From NCBI GenBank assembly GCA_963791045.1, contig CAWBQK010000004.1, forward strand, positions 128,008 through 192,007: a stretch of 64,000 nucleotides of DNA, given 5' to 3'. The DNA comes from Candidatus Latescibacterota bacterium. GTDB lineage: Bacteria; Krumholzibacteriota; Krumholzibacteriia; WVZY01. Under the pieces are notes generated by a model. The model saw only the letters and a program-made list of their open reading frames with translations, made no database searches and was not told where the DNA came from. The translations under genes and the position numbers were made by a program. Below, piece by piece: positions 56,874 through 64,000 of this stretch (position 1 is the first letter of the stretch; every line of letters starts with the position of its first letter).

Positions 56874-57683
56874 CTACTTGCTTATTCCCCGTTTGCAATT
56901 TTTGAGAAACTCGACGAGGACCGATCGATCCGGACCCTCGAAATCTCCGTTCTCGAGCAACTCGATAACCTGAGTCACATTGAGATCGCTCCGGTACAAG
57001 GTGTTGTACAATTTTTTGATTTGTGCCCGTCTCTCGGTGGAAAAACCACGGCGTTCGAGACCGACCGAGTTTATGCCGAACACACGCAGCGGGCTCCCCG
57101 CCGCGCGGACAAACGGAGGCACGTCCTTTTCGATCCGGCTGGCCCCGCCCAAAAACGCGTATCGGCCCACGGCGCCAAACTGATGGACGGCCGACATCCC
57201 GCCAATCGTCACGTAGTCTTCGATCCGAACATGTCCGGCGAGCTGTACCGAGTTGGACAGAATAACTTCATCGCCAACCTGGGAATCGTGTCCGATATGC
57301 GCGTATGCCATAATATAACAGTGCGATTTGATCCGTGTCGTCCCACCCTCACCCGACCCGCGGTGCACTGTGACAAACTCGCGGAATGTATTCTCATCAC
57401 CGATTTCGACAAACGTTTTCTTTCCCTCGTATTTGAGGTCCTGCGGTTCGGTGCCGATCGTGGCGCCGTGAAAAAATCTGTTTTTGTTGCCAATAGTCGT
57501 ATGGCCATCGATCTGAACGTTAGGACCGAGGACACAACCGTCGCCCAATTCGACATGCTCCCCGATAACGCAGTACGGCCCGATCCTCACCGCCTGGCCG
57601 ATCTTTGCCCACGGATGAATGATCGCCGTCGGATGAATCTCGGATTTGATGTCGATGCGTCTGAGCTTAAACCTGTCCTGCAT
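56874..57683 (-). CDS. lpxA: Acyl-ACP--UDP-N-acetylglucosamine O-acyltransferase
   Basis: IHPTAII, PQDLKY, REFVTVHRG, MAYAHIGHD, LAGHV, VHQF, INSVGLERRG; SD GGAGG + ATG 57683. Confidence 0.95.
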   Translation of the reverse strand: MQDRFKLRRIDIKSEIHPTAIIHPWAKIGQAVRIGPYCVIGEHVELGDGCVLGPNVQIDGHTTIGNKNRFFHGATIGTEPQDLKYEGKKTFVEIGDENTFREFVTVHRGSGEGGTTRIKSHCYIMAYAHIGHDSQVGDEVILSNSVQLAGHVRIEDYVTIGGMSAVHQFGAVGRYAFLGGASRIEKDVPPFVRAAGSPLRVFGINSVGLERRGFSTERRAQIKKLYNTLYRSDLNVTQVIELLENGDFEGPDRSVLVEFLKNCKRGISK

Positions 57684-57720
57684 TGGCCTCCCCCCTCGCA
57701 AGGGTGAATCCGGTTATCCG

Positions 57721-59034
57721 CTATCTCTTGACGATGCTTGCAATAAGTTCCGCTTCGGCGACGACGGCGTCGTCGACATAGGCGTAACCCTGCATCTTGC
57801 AGACGCCCATCTTGAGAGCCAGTAACTCCAGTTCGAATCGAAGTTGATCTCCGGGAAGCACCGGTTTTCTGAAACGAGCTTTGTCGATTCGGCTGAAATA
57901 AACAAGGTAGTCGTCGGGGTTGTCAACCGTGGTCAGAAGCATGAACCCGCCAACTTGCGCCATGGCTTCGACGATAAGTACCGCTGGCATAATAGGATGC
58001 CCCGGAAAATGACCAACAAAAAACGGCTCGTTTATTGTGACATTTTTTATTCCGACCACCCGTTTTTTGGGTTCGAGCTCCAGGATTCTGTCAACGAGCA
58101 GAAACGGGTAGCGGTGCGGGATGATCTCCTGGATCTTGTTGATATCGAACTGGCCCGTCTGGCCGGCGGCGCTATCAGTCATCTTCTTCTCCTTGAATTT
58201 CCACAGTTCCTTTACGAACTCGACATTGAACATGTGTCCCGATCTTACCGCGTGAACGTGACCTTTGATCGGCGAGCCCAACAGGGACAAGTCACCCATC
58301 AGATCATAAATTTTGTGCCTCACACACTCGTCATCAAAACGGAGCGGCTCTTCGTTCAACATTCCATCATCATTAAAAACGATCGCCTTGTTGAGATCGC
58401 CGCCCTTAATAAGCCCCATCTGCCGGAGCTTCTCCACATCGCCTTCGAGAATGAACGTCCTTGCCGTCGTCAGTTCTCTCTCGAACAGATCGGGTGAAAT
58501 CTCAAACGTCGCGAACTGTGTTCCGATGTGCGGGTTTTCGTATACGATAGTAAAACTCAAACGGAACCCGTCATCGCGAGTCGCGGTGATTTCGACATCC
58601 CCGTTCCGGTACGTCACCGGACGGTCAACCTCAAAAACCCAGCACGGCTCTCCCTGGTCGACAATCCCGGCGTCCTTGAGCGGATTGACGAAATAACCGT
58701 ACACACCGTCATCGGGTTCCGGCGGCTCGCTCCCCTTGATTTCTATCACGAGGTTGTCGATCTGAAGCCCGTAACAAGCGGCGAGAACGTGCTCGACGGT
58801 GTAAATCTCCGCGCCGTCCCGCTCGAGTGTTGTGTTGCGATACGACGGCTTGCCGACGGCAAGACTCTCTATCGTCGCGGGAATCTCGACGTTCGGATCG
58901 AGATCCGTCCTGACAAAACGAATTCCATGGTTCGCCGGAGCGGGCTTGAACCGAAGCGACACCTCGGTCCCCGTGTGTAGGCCGAGCCCGGACAACGAGA
59001 ATTCGCTAGCGATCGTTCTTTGATTTCTCTTCAT
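57721..59034 (-). CDS. lpxC-fabZ: Bifunctional LpxC deacetylase / FabZ dehydratase fusion
   Basis: QRTI..GLGLHTG, TVEHVLAA, HKIYDLMGDL; then PHRYPFLLVD, EPFFVGHFP, FRKPVLPGD. Confidence 0.95.
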   Translation of the reverse strand: MKRNQRTIASEFSLSGLGLHTGTEVSLRFKPAPANHGIRFVRTDLDPNVEIPATIESLAVGKPSYRNTTLERDGAEIYTVEHVLAACYGLQIDNLVIEIKGSEPPEPDDGVYGYFVNPLKDAGIVDQGEPCWVFEVDRPVTYRNGDVEITATRDDGFRLSFTIVYENPHIGTQFATFEISPDLFERELTTARTFILEGDVEKLRQMGLIKGGDLNKAIVFNDDGMLNEEPLRFDDECVRHKIYDLMGDLSLLGSPIKGHVHAVRSGHMFNVEFVKELWKFKEKKMTDSAAGQTGQFDINKIQEIIPHRYPFLLVDRILELEPKKRVVGIKNVTINEPFFVGHFPGHPIMPAVLIVEAMAQVGGFMLLTTVDNPDDYLVYFSRIDKARFRKPVLPGDQLRFELELLALKMGVCKMQGYAYVDDAVVAEAELIASIVKR

Positions 59035-60067
59035 CTTTTGTCTTGCTCAACTCGGCCAACCGCAGCTCGAGTTCTTTTACCCGTTCGTAGAGTTCGGGCA
59101 GCCGCGCGGTGTACACATAAATTTTGCGGGCGAGTCTGTGTTCCCGCGCCGGATAACCCGACACAGTGGTGTCTGCGGGAATCGACTTGGTAATCCCGGC
59201 CTGCGCTCCCATGATCACGCGATCGCCAACTTCGATATGACCGACAATACCTGCCTGCCCCCCCGCGATCACATTATCCCCAAGCTTGGCACTTCCCGAA
59301 ATCCCGGCCTGTCCGGCAACGATTCCATTTTTACCAATCAGACAGTTGTGGGCGACCTGCACGAGATTATCGATTTTTGTCCCAGCTTGTATCCGCGTCA
59401 CTTCGGTGGTCGCGCGATCGATCGCCGTGTTGGCGCCGATTTCGACATCGTCCTCGAGAACAACGTTTCCGATCTGCGGGACTTTGACATGCCGCTCACC
59501 GTCCGGGATATACCCGAACCCATCCGCGCCGATCACGGCGCCAGGATGCAGGATTACGCGATTCCCCATTTCACATTTCTCCCGGATCGTCACATTCGGG
59601 TAAATCAAGCAATCGGTGCCGATCGATACGCCGCTTCCGATGTAGCACCCAAACAGTATCTTTGTATTCTCGCCGACACGGCTTCCGGGGCCAATCATGC
59701 AAAACGGGCCAATTGATACATTCTGACCCAATTCAGCCGTCGGGTCAACGAGAGCCGAATCGTGGACACCGGGCTCGATCGCCGAGTCGGCCGACTGCAC
59801 GAAGAGGTTCATAACCTTGACGAACGCAAGGTATGGGTTGTCGACAACAATCGACGGGAGGTTGCTTTCAACCCCGCTCGACCGTATAACCGCTGATGCC
59901 GCAGTGCTTTTCAGGTATTCAGCATATTTGGGATCCGCGACAAACGCGATGTCCCCACCCCCCGCTTCCTTTATTCCGCTTACCCCCGAAATGGTGGTGG
60001 CGCCGTCGCCGGCCAACTCACCGCGGACGAGCTTCGCGAGTTCCAATAGTGTAAATGTCTGTGACAT
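59006..60067 (-). CDS. lpxD: UDP-3-O-(3-hydroxyacyl)glucosamine N-acyltransferase
   Basis: IGADGFGY, PQIGNV, IDRAT, TKIDNLVQVAHN, GYPA. Confidence 0.95.
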   Translation of the reverse strand: MSQTFTLLELAKLVRGELAGDGATTISGVSGIKEAGGGDIAFVADPKYAEYLKSTAASAVIRSSGVESNLPSIVVDNPYLAFVKVMNLFVQSADSAIEPGVHDSALVDPTAELGQNVSIGPFCMIGPGSRVGENTKILFGCYIGSGVSIGTDCLIYPNVTIREKCEMGNRVILHPGAVIGADGFGYIPDGERHVKVPQIGNVVLEDDVEIGANTAIDRATTEVTRIQAGTKIDNLVQVAHNCLIGKNGIVAGQAGISGSAKLGDNVIAGGQAGIVGHIEVGDRVIMGAQAGITKSIPADTTVSGYPAREHRLARKIYVYTARLPELYERVKELELRLAELSKTKDEEKSKNDR

Positions 60068-60078
60068 GAATGCTTCCC

Positions 60079-60624
60079 CTACTGGGTGCCACCGACCCTA
60101 TTGAGTTCTTCGAGCACGCGGTCCGTGAGATCAAAATCTTTTTTCGCATACACGATATTCGCATTGGCGATATCGAAAACAAGCCCGTAACCCTCTGTTT
60201 CGGAGAACCCCTCGAGGATCTGGTTGATCTTGTCGACGATCGGCTGAGTGAGCTCACGATTTCTGCGCGCGGCTATGCCGTCATCTCCGAAAGTGTCCGC
60301 AACAAAGCGCTGGTATTCTTCAAGTTTCCGGTCAAGCTCGAGCTGCCGCTCGCGCTTCTTCTCTTCCGACAACATCAAGCTCTGAGCCCTGAGTTCTTCC
60401 TGGAGTCTGGCGATTTCTTGCTCCATCGCGGCGGCCTCCGCCTTCCATTGGTCGACCTCTTTTTTGTAAACCAGTTCGGCTTCCTGGGTCTCCCGGTACT
60501 CGGCGAAAATCCGCTGAGAGTCGATGTAACCGATTTTGATTGTCACGTCCTGGGCGAATGCAGTCACGCACATCGATGAAAGCATGACCAGCGCGACGAG
60601 GAAGAACGTCGTATTTTTCAACAT
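60079..60624 (-). CDS. skp: Periplasmic chaperone Skp/OmpH
   Basis: Signal peptide AFA, KIGYIDSQRI, coiled coil, DLTDRVL; SD AAGGAG + ATG 60624. Confidence 0.9.
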   Translation of the reverse strand: MLKNTTFFLVALVMLSSMCVTAFAQDVTIKIGYIDSQRIFAEYRETQEAELVYKKEVDQWKAEAAAMEQEIARLQEELRAQSLMLSEEKKRERQLELDRKLEEYQRFVADTFGDDGIAARRNRELTQPIVDKINQILEGFSETEGYGLVFDIANANIVYAKKDFDLTDRVLEELNRVGGTQ

Positions 60625-60664
60625 AGGAACACACTCCTTATTCTGAGAAAACGCATAACTTGGG

Positions 60665-62938
60665 TTAAAACCCTGCACCAAGCGTCAAATGGGGCTCCCA
60701 GCCGGCGCCCAATACCTTGTCGAAACCGTAACCATAATCAAAACCAATTGTGCCCAACATGGGCATCTGTATCCTGATCCCGAACCCCGCGCCTTTTCTC
60801 AGGTCGAGGGGGTCGGCGCCGCGAAAACTATTCCACGTGTTCCCACCCTCATAGAATGCAAGCAGGATCACGTTCTCCGCAATCGGAAAGGTCAGCTCGT
60901 AGGAGAGGATATTCATGAACCGGCCACCGAGATACAACGGGTTTCCTTCGGGGACGATTTCATAGAAATCATAACCGCGGACACCGTGGAGCCTGTTTCC
61001 GCCGAGCCGGAATAATTCATAATCCGGAACTTGCTCCGGCGAGGAATACCCGTCAAGCAATCCCACGCTGTACTTGAACTGCAGGACGAGCTTTGAAAAC
61101 AGCGCCTGGTACCACTGGAAACCAGCCTCGTAGCGCTGGAACTGCACGTCACCGCCAAGAACAGCTCCACCGTTGAATTCAACAGTCAAAGTGGACCTCG
61201 TGCCGAGCGTAGGCCGGAACGGACTGTCCGTCGAATTCCTCAAAAGCGTCAACGCGACCGAACTCGTCAGCTGCGGCCAGTTGATGTCCAGAAGCGGTCC
61301 GTTGTATCCGGACGAAAAATTTGTCAACTCGATCGACTCGTACCGGTATCTCACAAACGCCGACGTGTAGTCGAACCAGGGGAACGGCCGTCCGAGCCGG
61401 AATGAGATACCGCGACGGCGATCGTTGTAGAACTGCTGCTGCACCTGGTTCTGGACTCGGTTGAACAAATTGATGCTCAGTTCCGTCGGCGTGCCGAAGA
61501 GCCACGGTTCCGTAAATCGCAGGTCCACATTTTGCCGGTATTTCGAGAATTCCCAGTCGATACCAATCGTCTGGCCCTTGCCGAGAAAGTTTGTCTCGGC
61601 GATACCGATAAAACCGCTGATCGAGTTGAGAGACGAGAATCCCGCACCGAGTCTGAATTGACCCGTCTGGCGCTCCGCCACCTTGAGCGTGATATCGATA
61701 TCCCCCTCTTCGTTCGCCGGCTGGACGATCGGTTCGGGAGGCGCATCGAAAAAGCCAAGGTTAAAAACCTCGCGGAGCGAACGCAGGAGGCGCGGCCGTA
61801 AGAACACATCTCCTGGATTGACCGTCAACTCGCGGCGGATCACGCGTTCGGCCGTTTTCGTATTTCCAGATATGTTTATTTCGTTTATGTGGGCGGGTTT
61901 TCCCTCGGTAATCTCGAAATCGACATCTATCCTGTCGCCGGTCACCGTCTTTTCGGGGCTAACCGAGTTATAGATATACCCCCGGTCCCAGTAGAGCTCG
62001 TTGATCCCCTGCTGGATCATCGTAAACTCGGTGTCGTTGAAAACATCACCTTCGCGAAACGACACCCTTGACGCCACCTGGAAATCCTCAAAAACGGTGT
62101 TGCCCCTCCACGTCACATCCCCCACATGGTACTGAGTGCCCTCTTTGAGAGTAATGAATATGTCGAGCCCTTTCCCATCATCCGAGAAAATCAGTTCCTT
62201 CTCGACGACCTCGATATCAAGAAAGCCGTACTCACGATAAAGAAGCGCTATCTTCTCCAGGTCCGCATCGAGGATCTTCGGCTTGAAGTCGGCGCCGCGG
62301 AGCCACCGGTCCTGCTTGCTCTCCATGATCTTGCGAATATTGCCGGAATCGACCACCCGGTTGCCGAAAAAGTCGATGTGTTTGACCGATACCTTCTCTC
62401 CCTCCTCCACCACGTACACGAGGATATTCCGGGTTCGCTTTGTATCTTTGTCGCGTTCGACGTCGATGTCGTTGGATACTTTTACGCGGTAGTATCCCTT
62501 TTCCTTGTAAAGATCCTCAATAGACTTGTGGTCCTTGCGAAGAAGCGATGGACGCACGTAAACGCCCTCAGACACCACGGTGGCTTCCTCGAGGTCGTCT
62601 TTCTTTACATGCTTGTTGCCTTCGAACCGCACCTCGTCGATCTTGGTGTGTTCTTTGACCACGAAGGTCAATATGGCACGGAGTCCGCGAACCTCTTTGA
62701 AGGCCTGAACATCGGCAAACTCTTTGGTGGCAAAGAGCCGTTTTACGGCCTCGGTGACGAACTGATCGGAATAATCGTCACCGGGTTTGAGCCGGATAAT
62801 CCGCCGAATCTTGTCCTCGGAAACGTTTTGGTTTCCCTGGACAAGCACCTCCTGAACCGACGTCTGCGCGACCGCATCTAAAGAAAACAGGTGCAAGATA
62901 ACCATGCACCCGGCTATTAAAAAAGACATTCGTTTCAT
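60665..62938 (-). CDS. bamA: Outer membrane protein assembly factor
   Basis: POTRA repeats (GNTKTAERVIRRE), ETNFLGKGQ, FTEPWLF, GVRGY, C-terminal F. Confidence 0.95.
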   Translation of the reverse strand: MKRMSFLIAGCMVILHLFSLDAVAQTSVQEVLVQGNQNVSEDKIRRIIRLKPGDDYSDQFVTEAVKRLFATKEFADVQAFKEVRGLRAILTFVVKEHTKIDEVRFEGNKHVKKDDLEEATVVSEGVYVRPSLLRKDHKSIEDLYKEKGYYRVKVSNDIDVERDKDTKRTRNILVYVVEEGEKVSVKHIDFFGNRVVDSGNIRKIMESKQDRWLRGADFKPKILDADLEKIALLYREYGFLDIEVVEKELIFSDDGKGLDIFITLKEGTQYHVGDVTWRGNTVFEDFQVASRVSFREGDVFNDTEFTMIQQGINELYWDRGYIYNSVSPEKTVTGDRIDVDFEITEGKPAHINEINISGNTKTAERVIRRELTVNPGDVFLRPRLLRSLREVFNLGFFDAPPEPIVQPANEEGDIDITLKVAERQTGQFRLGAGFSSLNSISGFIGIAETNFLGKGQTIGIDWEFSKYRQNVDLRFTEPWLFGTPTELSINLFNRVQNQVQQQFYNDRRRGISFRLGRPFPWFDYTSAFVRYRYESIELTNFSSGYNGPLLDINWPQLTSSVALTLLRNSTDSPFRPTLGTRSTLTVEFNGGAVLGGDVQFQRYEAGFQWYQALFSKLVLQFKYSVGLLDGYSSPEQVPDYELFRLGGNRLHGVRGYDFYEIVPEGNPLYLGGRFMNILSYELTFPIAENVILLAFYEGGNTWNSFRGADPLDLRKGAGFGIRIQMPMLGTIGFDYGYGFDKVLGAGWEPHLTLGAGF

Positions 62939-63035
62939 AACTCATTATCCCAAAACCGGTGGGATCGTAGCATAGCCCCACTACCCTGTAAACAAAAACC
63001 CAGGGGATAGGTTCCAGAGGAAATGCACGGGCTTA

Positions 63036-63058
63036 TATGCCTATTCTACATAGGCATA
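63036..63058. repeat. Perfect 9-bp inverted repeat between clpC and bamA
   Basis: TATGCCTAT-TCTAC-ATAGGCATA. Confidence 0.6.
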
Positions 63059-63091
63059 CGAGCTTATTGGGGAGGGGAAATCCCGGCGCTA

Positions 63092-64000
63092 TCAGGCGGT
63101 CTCGTTGGTCTCGGTGACGACCTCGAAATCCAGCTCGTCCTCACCGACACCGACATGGATCTCGGCGTCCTTCTTGAGCCCCTTGGAAAGCAAGAGTTCG
63201 CTCAAGGGATCCTCGAGAAACCGCTGGATCGCCCGCCGCAACGGCCTGGCGCCGAGGCCGGGGTCGAAGCCCTTCTCCATGAGAAAGGTCTTGGCTTCGG
63301 CGCTGAATGCGATCTTCAAATCGAACGATTCGAGCCGTTTCGTGAAATCGCCGAGCATTATCTCCACGATCGTCTCCATGTCTTTCTTCACCAGCGACTT
63401 GAACACGATCACGTCGTCCAGGCGGTTGAGGAATTCCGGATTGAACGATTTTTTTAGATTCTCTAACAGTTTGCCCTTCATTGTCTTGTACACCGAATCG
63501 GTGCCTTCGACGGCGAACCCGAGGCTGCGACCGCCCTTCGCCTCCTGAGTTCCGACATTGGACGTCATGATAAGCACGGTATTGCGGAAATCAACCCGGC
63601 GGCCGTAGTTGTCCGTAAGCGCACCATCATCCATGACCTGGAGGAGGATGTTGAAGACATCCGGGTGGGCCTTTTCGATTTCGTCGAGCAGGATTACCGA
63701 ATACGGTTTGCGCCGGACCTTTTCAGTCAGCTGGCCGCCCTCGTCGTACCCGACATATCCCGGAGGCGCGCCGATAAGACGCGACACCGAAAACTTCTCC
63801 ATGTATTCGGACATGTCGAGGCGAACCAGCGCCTCGTCCGTCTCGAAAAGAACTTGTGAAAGCGCACGTGCGAGCTCGGTCTTTCCGACACCGGTCGGTC
63901 CCAGGAAGACAAAGCTTCCGATGGGCCGCCTCGGATCTCTAAGGCCCGCCCGGTTCCGGCGCACGGCTTTCGACACCGCTTCGACCGCTTCTTCCTGGCC
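63092..64000 (-). CDS. clpC: ATP-dependent Clp protease ATP-binding subunit, C-terminal part (5' end outside window)
   Basis: [38 protein letters not shown] (ClpP-binding) loop, GARPLRR. Confidence 0.9.
   Translation of the reverse strand, partial: GQEEAVEAVSKAVRRNRAGLRDPRRPIGSFVFLGPTGVGKTELARALSQVLFETDEALVRLDMSEYMEKFSVSRLIGAPPGYVGYDEGGQLTEKVRRKPYSVILLDEIEKAHPDVFNILLQVMDDGALTDNYGRRVDFRNTVLIMTSNVGTQEAKGGRSLGFAVEGTDSVYKTMKGKLLENLKKSFNPEFLNRLDDVIVFKSLVKKDMETIVEIMLGDFTKRLESFDLKIAFSAEAKTFLMEKGFDPGLGARPLRRAIQRFLEDPLSELLLSKGLKKDAEIHVGVGEDELDFEVVTETNETA

Noticed and set aside
1..64000. tRNA, rRNA, CRISPR arrays, transposases, integrases, prophage genes
   Set aside because: None recognised in the intergenic gaps or ORFs by manual reading; a covariance-model scan was not possible

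Overview
Chromosomal, mostly minus-strand, cell-envelope-rich window from a diderm bacterium. The lpxC-fabZ fusion, and lipid A genes together with bacillithiol genes, suggest an FCB-superphylum candidate lineage (inference). Layout: (1) 1-20.7 kb, a Wzx/Wzy exopolysaccharide cluster with wza, a wzz/gumC-type gene, an ExeA-like AAA ATPase, a degenerate BY-kinase, a flippase, two priming sugar transferases, GT2/GT4/GT-C genes, a nucleotidyltransferase + phosphodiesterase pair and a Thr-type membrane sulfatase-like gene; (2) 20.7-30.9 kb, LPS core genes (msbA, four GT9, HldE-II adenylyltransferase, GT4, DUF3108, a deoxyhypusine-synthase-like protein); (3) hsp20-lon with a tight cluster of apparent frameshifts; (4) lipoproteins, GT39, DUF72, a GldAFG/DUF4340-like ABC system, a MEMO1-AMMECR1 fusion and HIT; (5) a nadB-methyltransferase-bshC-bshB1-bshA-Minf_1886 operon; (6) a sigma54-preceded lipoprotein; (7) clpC(partial)-bamA-skp-lpxD-lpxC/fabZ-lpxA-gnnA-like-lpxB-DUF374-lpxK. 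I saw no tRNA, rRNA, CRISPR array or mobile element. Best leads: the NTase/phosphodiesterase glycan-tailoring module, the DHS-fold protein among heptose genes, a possible N-methyl-bacillithiol operon and a structured attenuator-like leader at 34.5-34.7 kb. All family calls come from motif recognition by eye; no database searches were run.
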